Notes: generated by a model from the letters alone, not told the origin. Shown: positions 55,924-64,000, counted from the first letter of the stretch. The stretch is DNA of 64,000 nucleotides from Pseudomonadales bacterium (GCA_041395945.1 JAWKZN010000001.1:2684403-2748402); one strand, 5' to 3'. Numbers and translations: made by a program.

Positions 55924-57192
55924 TCAGGTGCTGCGGAGCGCTTCCACAGGCCGCAGCCGATGGATGCGAAGTGCTGGAATCAGAGAGGCGAACTGAGTCG
56001 CCAGAAGCATGATCACCGGCGCTGTGAGCAGTGCTTCAGTTGAGAATGCCGGGTAAAGGCGCGAGGGCATGTAGAACTGCTGCGCGTAGTCTTCCAGCGC
56101 CTCACCCAGATAGATACCTTCTTTCGCGAACCAGCCGACAAGGATCGATGCCAGCAGCAGCCCGATCCCGACACCGACCAGCCACTGAAACAGAGACTCC
56201 CACTGCAGCATGGCGATGATGCGCCGCGGCTTCATGCCGATCGCCAGCAGCATGCCGAACTCACGGGTGCGCTCGAACACGGTCATGATGAAGCTGTTCA
56301 CCACACTGAAGGCCACCAGTCCCATGATGATGCCGTACATGATCTGTCCGGAGAGCCGGTCGATTTCGATACTCTGATAGAGATCGGGCATCACCTCAGG
56401 CCAGTCCCGCGCGATCAGTGCGGCGGGTAGCTGCGCCTGAATTGATCCTGTAATGCGCTCACTGTTCGCAACATCGTCCACTCGAACAGCGAGGGTGTGG
56501 ACTTCGTCGTGCAGACCAAAGGCATCCTGCACCACATCAAGGTGCGCCAGCAGCAGAACCCGATCGAGATCTGTTATCCCCGATTCCAGCAGACCGGCGA
56601 CCCGCACAACCATCGCAGCCACACCACCTTCCTTACCGCTGCCGAGAATGATGACTTCGTCACCCAGAGCAACGCCCAGGTTTCGTGCCAGGACCGTGCC
56701 CAGCAGCGCCTCTTCGGTGGCTGTGATGCCGTGACCCGACTTGAGCATCTTCGTGATCCGCACTGTCCTGGCTTCGGCATCCACGTCGATGCCTATCACC
56801 TGGGCGCCAAAACTGCGTTCGTCCGCCGAAGCCAGGGCGAAGGTTTCCACGCGCGGCGCCACTGCGATCACACCGGGAATCGAGGCGATCCCGGTAACAA
56901 GCCCCGAGGCTTCCGCCATCGTGTCTTCGAATCTGCTGTCTGCGACAAATTCGCGGCTCTGCACCTGAATGTGCCCGCTGATCAGCGTGGTCGCGTTGTC
57001 GATCATCACACCGTACTGGCCGAGCTGAAAGGCCATGGTGAAGACCACAAGGAGCACAGCGAAGGCGATACTGCCTGCAGTGAGCCAGGTGCGGCGCCGG
57101 TTACGCCAGAGGTTCCGCCAGCCGATCCGGACACTCAGAAAGCCCTGGAAGGCAGGCTTTACAGGCGCGAGTTCCGCAACGGTCTCGCTCAT
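55924..57192 (-). CDS. FtsX/MacB-type ABC permease, paralogue 1 (422 aa)
   Basis: WRNLWRNRRRTWLTAGSIAFAV...; ends ...IHRLRPVEALRST. 12-nt gap to paralogue 2. Confidence 0.85.
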   Translation of the reverse strand: MSETVAELAPVKPAFQGFLSVRIGWRNLWRNRRRTWLTAGSIAFAVLLVVFTMAFQLGQYGVMIDNATTLISGHIQVQSREFVADSRFEDTMAEASGLVTGIASIPGVIAVAPRVETFALASADERSFGAQVIGIDVDAEARTVRITKMLKSGHGITATEEALLGTVLARNLGVALGDEVIILGSGKEGGVAAMVVRVAGLLESGITDLDRVLLLAHLDVVQDAFGLHDEVHTLAVRVDDVANSERITGSIQAQLPAALIARDWPEVMPDLYQSIEIDRLSGQIMYGIIMGLVAFSVVNSFIMTVFERTREFGMLLAIGMKPRRIIAMLQWESLFQWLVGVGIGLLLASILVGWFAKEGIYLGEALEDYAQQFYMPSRLYPAFSTEALLTAPVIMLLATQFASLIPALRIHRLRPVEALRST

Positions 57193-57251
57193 GTCAAAAC
57201 TCCCTCATGCAGCGCGGCCCTTTACAGAACCCATGACATGAGCCCCGCTAC

Positions 57252-58109
57252 TCATGGAGCGGCCCCACTCTGCAACGCATAAACCGTGAATGTGCGGTCT
57301 TCTAGTGCGATGTCGAATTGCGCTGCGTCGTAGCTCACCTCGGTGTAGTGATCGACTTCATCGAGTTGAATCATGCGCATCCGCACACTCATCGTCCGAC
57401 CCCCGAGCTCGGCGATTTCCAGCGTTTCCAGTCGTTTGAGTGGCACCATTGCCTGATCGTAAAACGTCTGCGAGATCAACACGTAGTCATCGCGCAGTAC
57501 CAGCTGCTCCTTGCCCCAGACCACGGGCGAGTCATCATGCGGGATCGCCTCGATCGTATAGATCCGATGGCCGTCCTGCTCAACCGAATCCGCAATGCTC
57601 AGATCGTAGTAGCGCAGCATGTCGTCGGTTTTCGACAGATCGTTATAGGAAAAATCCGAACCCGCCCAACTCTGCGACATCAGGCTGTACGGCAGTCGAA
57701 TGGTGCGGTTGAGCTTGGGGGTGTAGGTCCACATCTTGTCGCCCTGTTTCAGGGTCGCATTGCCGGCGTCCCGGGCAGGCGCGGTAAAGCGGATCAGCGC
57801 GTCCTCGCGGCCCCGTGTCCAGGAAACGAGTGATGAACTCCGCTCCCACTCGGGGCGATGCACCAGCATCGACATCTCCATGTAGGACGTCCGTCCGCGG
57901 ATCAGGTCCAGGGCACCTGCAACCAGTTCCCGGGCACCCGGCTCCCGGACACCCGGCTCCTGGACATCCGGCTTCCGGACTTCCGGTTCATCGGCACTCT
58001 GCGCCGCCGCGACGCGCATGGGACTGGACAGGGCGGCGCCAACTACGAGTAACGCCCACAGCAGGACATCACGGACGTCAATCGGGTGGCTGGAGCGACT
58101 TCGGCGCAT
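57252..58109 (-). CDS. LolA-like outer-membrane lipoprotein-sorting family protein (periplasmic)
   Basis: Start ATG 58109 with an AGAGGGA RBS. Signal peptide (VLLWALLVVGAALSSPMRVAAA). GDKMWTYTPKLNRTIRLPYSLMSQSWAGSDFSYNDL matches the LolA_like (PF17131-type) signature as recalled. Confidence 0.7.
   Translation of the reverse strand: MRRSRSSHPIDVRDVLLWALLVVGAALSSPMRVAAAQSADEPEVRKPDVQEPGVREPGARELVAGALDLIRGRTSYMEMSMLVHRPEWERSSSLVSWTRGREDALIRFTAPARDAGNATLKQGDKMWTYTPKLNRTIRLPYSLMSQSWAGSDFSYNDLSKTDDMLRYYDLSIADSVEQDGHRIYTIEAIPHDDSPVVWGKEQLVLRDDYVLISQTFYDQAMVPLKRLETLEIAELGGRTMSVRMRMIQLDEVDHYTEVSYDAAQFDIALEDRTFTVYALQSGAAP
57936..57995 (-). repeat. in-frame 15-bp tandem repeat (~3.5 units) encoding a pentapeptide-repeat linker in the LolA-like protein
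   Basis: ACCCGGCTCCCGGAC / ACCCGGCTCCTGGAC / ATCCGGCTTCCGGAC / TTCCGGTTCATCGGC. It encodes ...PEVRKPDVQEPGVREPGAREL just after the signal peptide. Confidence 0.7.
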
Positions 58110-58179
58110 TGATCCCTCTGGTAACACCCTTCGAAAAAGCATACTCTCCCCAATTATTGATCTTGTCAAAATTAAATTG
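58110..58179. promoter_or_regulatory. divergent promoter/operator region between the TetR gene and the LolA-like/ABC operon
   Basis: 70-bp gap containing one of the most AT-rich stretches I noticed in the window (CAATTATTGATCTTGTCAAAATTAAATTG), with imperfect dyad symmetry AATTATTGA-N5-TCAAAATTAA. Confidence 0.4.
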
Positions 58180-58824
58180 ATGGCTACGACCCGACTCGAC
58201 GAACTGCCCTTGCGAGAGCGCAAGAAGCAGCGCGCCCAGCGCGACATCCTGCGAGCCGCGCGGGTGCTCATCGACCGTCACGGCTATCAGAAGACCAAGA
58301 TGCGCGACATCGCCAGCGTCGCCGAACTCAGCTACCAGACCCTCTACAACTACTTCCCGACCAAGGCCAGCATCCTCGAAGCCATCCTCTCCACCGACAT
58401 CGCAGATATCTCTGTGAAGATCGCCAGACGCATCGACGCCTACGAAGGCGGTCTGCTCGCTACCCTGAGCGCCATCAACCGGATTCGCCTGCAGACCCTG
58501 GGCGCGCCCGAGCAGCGCGAGCTGTGGTGGTTCGTTGCCACCGAGATCTGGAACAAGCGCAAATCCGGCTCCCGCATGATGTCGCTGGTCGATCAGGCGG
58601 CTGCAGAGGAAATGATCGCCCGCCTGCTGCACCGCTCCCAGCGCTCCCGGGATCTGATCGCCGGTGTCGACGTGCGCCTGCTCGCGGAAACACTCAACAG
58701 TCTGGCGGAACAGTGTCTTTCCAGGTTTCTCTACGAGCCGACGCGCGACCTCGACTCTACCCTCGCCAGCCTCGACGCCCAGATGGAAATTCTTCTGCGA
58801 CCTTATCTGACCCGGCAGTCCTGA
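58180..58824 (+). CDS. TetR/AcrR-family transcriptional regulator
   Basis: Internal ATG 58180. HTH region RERKKQRAQRDILRAARVLIDRHGYQKTKMRDIASVAELSYQTLYNYFPTK. Confidence 0.9.
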   Translation: MATTRLDELPLRERKKQRAQRDILRAARVLIDRHGYQKTKMRDIASVAELSYQTLYNYFPTKASILEAILSTDIADISVKIARRIDAYEGGLLATLSAINRIRLQTLGAPEQRELWWFVATEIWNKRKSGSRMMSLVDQAAAEEMIARLLHRSQRSRDLIAGVDVRLLAETLNSLAEQCLSRFLYEPTRDLDSTLASLDAQMEILLRPYLTRQS

Positions 58825-58929
58825 CCGCAGACGCTTGACCCGATGGCGGCCTCAGGCAGGCGACGGCCTGACTCAGGACGGGCTTTTTCGGACATACTGA
58901 CGCCCCGCTCTTGAAACCTGGAGTCCGGT

Positions 58930-60948
58930 GTGACCATCAGATGGGGCATCCTAGCCACCGGCCGTATTGCAACTGCGTTTGCAGATGCCGCAACCGCCTC
59001 TGTCCACAACGAGCTGCACGCTGTAGCAAGCCGCTCCGAGGAGCGTGCTCGACGCTTTGCGGACGGCTACCCGGGTATCCGCAGCTACGGCAGCTACTCC
59101 GCACTGCTGGAAGATCCCCTGATCGATGCCGTGTACATCGCCACCCCGCATCCTGCGCATGCACAGTGGACGCTGCGTGCACTCCGGGCAGGCAAGCACG
59201 TCCTCTGTGAAAAACCCCTCGGCATGAACCATCCGGAAGTGATGGCAATGGTGGAAACCGCCCGCCGCAACGGACGCTTCCTGATGGAAGCCTTCATGTA
59301 CCGCTGTCATCCCCAGACCCTCAGAATTCAGGCGCTGCTCGCGCAAGGCGCCATCGGCGAACTGCGCCACATCCAGGCCAGCTTCGGCTACCAGGCGTCC
59401 TTCGATGCGGACTCCCGCCTGTTTTCCAACGAACTCGGCGGTGGCGGCATTCTCGATGTGGGTTGTTATCCCGTCTCGGCGGCCCGTCTGTTTGCCGGTG
59501 GAGAGCCCCGCAATGTGACCGCGGGAGGCCATCTGGGCAGCACGGGAATCGACGAATGGAGCGCAGCACAGCTCGAATTCACCGGCGGCCTTACCGCCCA
59601 GGTGGCCACTTCGGTAAGTCTCACCCTCGACAACTCGCTGAATCTCTACGGCAGCAGCGGACGCATCCATGCGGCCAATCCCTGGCTGTGCGCGGATGCC
59701 AGGGGCAACTGGCATTTCGAGCTGCACAGGCAGGGGCAGCCGATCGAGCGCATCGAAGGTCAGTCAGCCGGTCTTTACGAACTGGAGATCGACCACGTCG
59801 CGGAATGCCTGTCCGCCGGGCTGCAGCAGTCCCCCCTGATGGACTGGCAGGACAGCCGTGACAACGCGGCAACCCTCGATGCCTGGCGCAGGGCCATCGG
59901 TCTCGAGTACCACCTCGAACGACCGGACAGCCACCGGGGCCCCCTGCTGGCGCCGGTGGCCGTCACGCAACCGGCCAGCGCCGGCCGCATTGCGCACCTC
60001 GATAAACCCGTCTCACGGCTGGTGATGGGCTGCGACAACCAGCCCTCCATGAGCCATGCGGCAGTGATGTGGGACGACTACATCGAGCAGGGGGGTAACT
60101 GTTTCGATACCGCCTACATCTATGGGGGCGGATCCATGGAGCGCCTGCTGGGCCACTGGCACCGGCAGCGCAACCTGCGTGAGCAGATCGTCATCATCGG
60201 CAAAGGCGCCCACACCCCGGACAACGCGCCGGAATTCATCGCACCCCAGCTGGACGAGAGTCTGCAGCGTCTGCAGACTGACTACGTGGACCTGTACTTC
60301 CTGCACCGGGACAACCTCGACATTCCGGTCAAGGAATTCGTGGATGCGCTGAACGCCGAGCGGAATCGTGGTCGTATCCGCGCCTTCGGCGGATCCAACT
60401 GGACTCTGCCCCGCATCCGCGCCGCCAACGAGTACGCAGCTGCCGAAGGCCTGCAGGGTTTCACGGCAGTTTCCAACAACTTTTCCCTGGCCCGGATGGT
60501 CACGCCGATCTGGCCGGGTGTGGAAGCCGCCACCAGTGGCGAATTTCGCGCCTATCTGCGCAGCAATGGCATCGCCCTGCTGCCCTGGTCCTCCCAGGCG
60601 AGGGGATTTTTCACCCCCTGGGCGGAGAGCGTGATCAACGCCGCAGGTGCCCGGGAGGGACGGGCACTGACCAGTGTCGAACCGACCGAGGATGAACTGC
60701 GCCGGGTATGGTTTTCGGAGGCGAATTTTGAACGCCGCCGCAGAGCGGCGAGCCTGGCCAGAGAGAATGGCGTGGACCTGATCCAGATTGCACTTGCCTA
60801 CGTAGCGCAGCAGCCGTTCGCCTGTTTCCCTCTGATCGGTCCCCGCCAGCTCAGCGAGACACAGAGTTGCTTCGCGGCGCTGCAGATCGAACTCAGCCCG
60901 GCGCAGCTGAACTGGCTGGACCTGTCGGACCGGGGAACCTCTGATTGA
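58930..60948 (+). CDS. fusion protein: N-terminal Gfo/Idh/MocA oxidoreductase plus C-terminal aldo/keto reductase (672 aa)
   Basis: GTG start. N-terminal half: IRWGILATGRIA (Rossmann fold), LCEKPLGMN (EKP motif). C-terminal half: GGNCFDTAYIYGGGSMERLLG, DYVDLYFLHRDN, SNNFSLA. The reading frame is continuous across the junction near 59950. Confidence 0.8.
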   Translation: MTIRWGILATGRIATAFADAATASVHNELHAVASRSEERARRFADGYPGIRSYGSYSALLEDPLIDAVYIATPHPAHAQWTLRALRAGKHVLCEKPLGMNHPEVMAMVETARRNGRFLMEAFMYRCHPQTLRIQALLAQGAIGELRHIQASFGYQASFDADSRLFSNELGGGGILDVGCYPVSAARLFAGGEPRNVTAGGHLGSTGIDEWSAAQLEFTGGLTAQVATSVSLTLDNSLNLYGSSGRIHAANPWLCADARGNWHFELHRQGQPIERIEGQSAGLYELEIDHVAECLSAGLQQSPLMDWQDSRDNAATLDAWRRAIGLEYHLERPDSHRGPLLAPVAVTQPASAGRIAHLDKPVSRLVMGCDNQPSMSHAAVMWDDYIEQGGNCFDTAYIYGGGSMERLLGHWHRQRNLREQIVIIGKGAHTPDNAPEFIAPQLDESLQRLQTDYVDLYFLHRDNLDIPVKEFVDALNAERNRGRIRAFGGSNWTLPRIRAANEYAAAEGLQGFTAVSNNFSLARMVTPIWPGVEAATSGEFRAYLRSNGIALLPWSSQARGFFTPWAESVINAAGAREGRALTSVEPTEDELRRVWFSEANFERRRRAASLARENGVDLIQIALAYVAQQPFACFPLIGPRQLSETQSCFAALQIELSPAQLNWLDLSDRGTSD

Positions 60949-60978
60949 GTATCAACGCCTCAGAGCTTCTCGCAGCCG

Positions 60979-61458
60979 CTAACGGCCGCGCGGACCGTGC
61001 CTTCCTGTGCCTTTTCCGCGCAGCGAGACCACGTTGTCTGCCTTGACCATATCGCGCTTTTCGGAAAAAGCGATTTCCCAGGTAAAGGTATTCCTGCCAT
61101 CGCGGAGAAAACCGCGCAGCCCGATGCCATCACTGATCGCGAACAGACTGAAGGTGGCATACACGGATTCCGCATCGTTCCACAGCAGTCCGAGGTTGGG
61201 CGCGCTGTCCAGCTTGGCACTGCCGGTCAGCACTTCTGCCCCCACCTGGATACGCAGGGAATAGGTGCCGACTTCGTTACCCGCCACCCGGATAACAAAG
61301 TCACGCGCACCGCCGCGCTGGGACTTCAGGGACGCATTTATCAGGAAGGCGCCGGTGTCCCGCTCGACCCGGGCATCGCACTCAAGGGTTTCACCCAGAC
61401 TGAATCCTTCAACCAGCAGACTGCCGCGTCCCAGCCAGTGTCCCGCGCGCAGCAGCAT
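60979..61458 (-). CDS. hypothetical 159-aa protein translationally coupled to the SRAP gene
   Basis: Its ATG shares one nt with the SRAP stop (TGATG at 61456-61460). Beta-rich composition. No motif I recognise. The opposite-strand ORF 60997..61554 looks less protein-like. Confidence 0.5.
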   Translation of the reverse strand: MLLRAGHWLGRGSLLVEGFSLGETLECDARVERDTGAFLINASLKSQRGGARDFVIRVAGNEVGTYSLRIQVGAEVLTGSAKLDSAPNLGLLWNDAESVYATFSLFAISDGIGLRGFLRDGRNTFTWEIAFSEKRDMVKADNVVSLRGKGTGRHGPRGR

Positions 61459-62180
61459 CAGTGCGCTCCTGGTGCGGCTGAAGGCGAGGTGTCAGCCACT
61501 GGCGCAATGGCAACCGGAGCTCCAACCGCTTCAATACAGCGGGGGTCTTTGTGACGCGCATTATTGACATGAGAAGACACGGGCACCGCCTCCAGAGTTT
61601 CCGGAATCCCGGAACCCAGCAGATCGGCAAAGTCCGCGTTGTCCGGGTCGAGCCAGGCTCTGGCACCCGCCATCGAGAGCATGACCGGTTGTCGGGTATG
61701 CACAAACTTCATGCCTTCCGCCGCCGGTGCAGTCAGCACAGCAAAGCTCTCCAGAAGTTCCCCGGATTCTTCATTGACCCAGCGATCCCAGAGTCCGGCG
61801 AGCAGCAGTCCCTCATGCTCGGTGGAATGAATGTAGTAGGGCAGCTTCTGACCCGATGTCCGCACCCACTCGTAGAAGCCGCTGACCGGGACCACACAGC
61901 GTCGTTTCCGGAAAGGTTCTCTGAACGCCGGCGACTTATGTGCGGTCTCGGACTTGGCATTGAACATGCTGTATCTGGTCGACGGGCCATCGGACCAGAA
62001 CGGCGTGAGCCACCAGCGCATGGGCACCAGTTCGACAGCACCTGACTCCCCCTGCCGCAGGACCTGAATGGTTTCCGTGGGGGCTGCGTTGTAGTTGTCC
62101 GGTCCCGGGTGGGGCAACTGCACCAGTTCCATCAGCAGGATGGTGAGCGGATCGGCGTTTACATTGAATCGACCGCACAT
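61458..62180 (-). CDS. SOS response-associated peptidase (SRAP, YedK-like abasic-site crosslinking protein)
   Basis: Start ATG 62180 gives MCGRF (catalytic Cys2). NYNAAPT, VPMRWWL, FNAKSET, VVPVSGFYEW. Confidence 0.9.
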   Translation of the reverse strand: MCGRFNVNADPLTILLMELVQLPHPGPDNYNAAPTETIQVLRQGESGAVELVPMRWWLTPFWSDGPSTRYSMFNAKSETAHKSPAFREPFRKRRCVVPVSGFYEWVRTSGQKLPYYIHSTEHEGLLLAGLWDRWVNEESGELLESFAVLTAPAAEGMKFVHTRQPVMLSMAGARAWLDPDNADFADLLGSGIPETLEAVPVSSHVNNARHKDPRCIEAVGAPVAIAPVADTSPSAAPGAH

Positions 62181-62581
62181 GACAGAGCGCCTCAAGTAAT
62201 CCGGTACCGCACCGGTGCCCTGCTGGCGTCCACCAGGCGTGCTTCCCCGCCGGCCAGTCCAGCGCAGCCAGAGCCGCGAACCCGGCAGGACCGGCTATGC
62301 GCCTGGCAACAGCAACAGCCCGCTGCAAAAACGCCGGCGAGTTCCGGGATCTCGTCTCTCTTGCTGGGCTCAGTGCGTGGCATGGGCAATCTCCGGGATC
62401 AGTCGGTCAGGAGATGGTAGACGCTATCGACACCGGATGCCTAGGAAGCCCGGGGTGCCCGGGAAGCCTCGAGAGGAGGCTCGCTGGAGATTTGCGTTTC
62501 AATCGACATTGGTTGAGCATCGCGCGGTTTTCTCACCCGCGGTTACCCCGGTACCGCACCCCGGCAGTCAATCACCGCACC

Positions 62582-64000
62582 ATGAAACCACCGATCGCCC
62601 ATCGCCAGGAATATACCCGCACCGTCCACGGTGTCATCCTCAGTGACCCTTACCACTGGCTGCGGGATCCGGCTTATCCGGAAGTGACGGACCCTCGGGT
62701 GATCGAATATCTGGAAGCTGAGAACGCCTATTTCCGGCATGCCATGGCGCCCCGGCAGGCGCTGGTGGAACAGTTGTTCGAAGAGATCAAAGCCCGTCAG
62801 CCGGAGGAGGATGAGTCCGTACCGTTCCGTGACGGCATGTTCTGGTACCGGTGGCGTTTCGAGAAGGAGGCTCAGTACCGGCAGTGGCTGCGGGCGCCCG
62901 TCCACGCACCCGATGACTGGACCATCATTCTCGATGAGCCCGCACTCGCAGCCGCCCACGATTACTTCGTGCTGGGCGGGCTCTCGGTGAGCCCCAGCGG
63001 CCGTTACCTGGCCTGGAGTGCGGACACCAACGGCAGCGAACGTTTTACCCTGCGCATCATCGATCTCGAATCCGGCGATCCGGTCGATTCGATGATCGAA
63101 CTCACCCTCGGTGCGCCCGTCTGGGCAGCAGATGATGAGCATCTGTTTTACCTGAAGGTCAACGACGCCTGGCGTCCGTACCAGGTGCGCAGGCACCGGC
63201 TGGGAACAGCGGCAGCAACGGACGCCATAGTCTACGAAGAACAGGATGAGTCCTTCTTTGTCGGGATTGATGAGACCCAGTCCCGGGCGTTCATCATCAT
63301 CTCGACCGGTGATCACACGACTTCCGAGTTACGGCTGCTGCCGGCGGCGCGACCACTCTCGGAACCCGAACTCATGAGCGCCAGGCATACGGGCCACGAG
63401 TACCACGTCGATCATCGGGAAGGGCTGTTCTACATTCTCAGCAACGACACCCACCGGAACTTCCGTCTGGCGACCGCACCCGACACCAATCCGCACCCGG
63501 CGCACTGGCAGACACTCATTCCAGGCAGCGACACCCACTATCTCACCGACCTGCTCTGTTTCCGGAATTACTTTTTCCTTTCCGAGCGGGTGGACGGGCT
63601 CGATCAGATCCGGGTGTTCGACCACCAGGGCATGAGTCACTACGTGGAGTTTCCGGAAGAAGCCTACGATGCCGAGTTCGGCGCCAATGCGGAATACGAC
63701 GCGGATCAGCTGCGTCTCACCTATCAGTCGATGGTCACCCCGGGAACCATCTACGATTACGATCTGACAACCCGCGTCCTCAGCCGCCGCAAGACCCAGC
63801 GCATTCCCAGCGGCTATGAGGCAAACCACTATGTCACCCACCGGCTGCACATCACTGCACGCGACGGCGTCGACGTGCCGGTGAGTCTGGTGCATCGAAA
63901 GGATCTGCAGGTCGGACCACAGACGCCACTGTTCCTCTACGGCTACGGCGCGTACGGCACAAGTATCACTCCCGGATTCTCAGCCAGCCGCCTGTCACTG
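62582..64000 (+). CDS. ptrB: oligopeptidase B / S9A prolyl-oligopeptidase-family protease, 5-prime part (runs off the window)
   Basis: ATG 62582. MKPPIAHRQEYTRTVHGVILSDPYHWLRDPAYPEVTDPRVIEYLEAENAYF. The frame is open for 473 codons to the window end (...LFLYGYGAYGTSITPGF). Not in the ORF track because it has no stop. Confidence 0.85.
   Translation, partial: MKPPIAHRQEYTRTVHGVILSDPYHWLRDPAYPEVTDPRVIEYLEAENAYFRHAMAPRQALVEQLFEEIKARQPEEDESVPFRDGMFWYRWRFEKEAQYRQWLRAPVHAPDDWTIILDEPALAAAHDYFVLGGLSVSPSGRYLAWSADTNGSERFTLRIIDLESGDPVDSMIELTLGAPVWAADDEHLFYLKVNDAWRPYQVRRHRLGTAAATDAIVYEEQDESFFVGIDETQSRAFIIISTGDHTTSELRLLPAARPLSEPELMSARHTGHEYHVDHREGLFYILSNDTHRNFRLATAPDTNPHPAHWQTLIPGSDTHYLTDLLCFRNYFFLSERVDGLDQIRVFDHQGMSHYVEFPEEAYDAEFGANAEYDADQLRLTYQSMVTPGTIYDYDLTTRVLSRRKTQRIPSGYEANHYVTHRLHITARDGVDVPVSLVHRKDLQVGPQTPLFLYGYGAYGTSITPGFSASRLSL

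Noticed and set aside
62201-62560. 13-bp direct repeat CCGGTACCGCACC (62201-62213 and 62548-62560) flanking the SRAP/ptrB intergenic region; considered as a possible target-site duplication of an inserted element
   Set aside because: There are no terminal inverted repeats just inside the direct repeats. The repeat is GC-rich and lies within ordinary divergent promoter DNA. I also saw no LexA-box-like CTGT-N8-ACAG here.
62543-63895. Minus-strand ORFs 62543..63316 and 63329..63895
   Set aside because: They are shadows of the plus-strand oligopeptidase B gene, which is open to the window end and has clear family motifs.
1-64000. Search by eye for tRNA/rRNA genes, CRISPR arrays, transposases, integrases, reverse transcriptases, toxin-antitoxin pairs and phage genes
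   Set aside because: None was found. There is no T-loop GGTTCGAATCC-type motif in an intergenic context, there are no regularly spaced 25-40-bp repeats, and no recognisable mobile-element or defence protein motifs appear among the credible ORFs.

Overview
This is a GC-rich, densely coding chromosomal segment with gammaproteobacterial-type housekeeping genes (tesA/ybbA/ybbP, bolA, yaaA, ttcA, yheU, acnA, prc, lepB). I can support about 47 protein-coding genes. I saw no rRNA, tRNA, CRISPR array, transposase, integrase or phage genes. All functional calls come from motif recognition by eye; no database search or folding was run.

Layout:
- (i) 1-3.5 kb: part of an Mrp-type multisubunit cation/H+ antiporter cluster.
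- (ii) 3.7-13.8 kb: a tight four-gene minus-strand operon. It encodes three signal-peptide-bearing DUF11-type proteins and a 2,346-aa multidomain protein that ends in a very large beta-barrel-like region. No recognisable chaperone, usher, TpsB, T1SS or sortase partner is present. This is my best candidate for an undescribed outer-membrane fibre/adhesin assembly system.
- (iii) 14.7-21.9 kb: an ArcA-like response regulator plus a 2,106-aa Ser/Thr-kinase-like/NTPase/GAF/PAS/HisKA/HATPase/REC/Hpt sensor.
- (iv) 21.8-50.6 kb: mostly housekeeping and stress genes (ttcA, PAS-GGDEF-EAL, ybbP/ybbA/tesA, PP2C-bolA-trhO, yaaA, DUF1244-lepB, FKBP, prc, a Lon paralogue, an SLC13 permease, HAD, acnA, a Kv-type channel, tpm, a YcaQ-like gene, an acyl-CoA synthetase).
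- (v) 51.4-58.8 kb: a TetR-linked operon with a LolA-like protein, three tandem FtsX-type permeases, one ABC ATPase and an outer-membrane barrel. This is the second candidate system.
- (vi) 58.9-64.0 kb: a Gfo/Idh/MocA-aldo/keto-reductase fusion, an SRAP (YedK-like) gene translationally coupled to an unknown 159-aa ORF, and a truncated oligopeptidase B gene.

A structured palindromic intergenic repeat occurs twice, near 23.0 kb and 42.3 kb. Many long ORFs in the supplied track are antisense shadows or N-terminal over-extensions typical of high-GC DNA.
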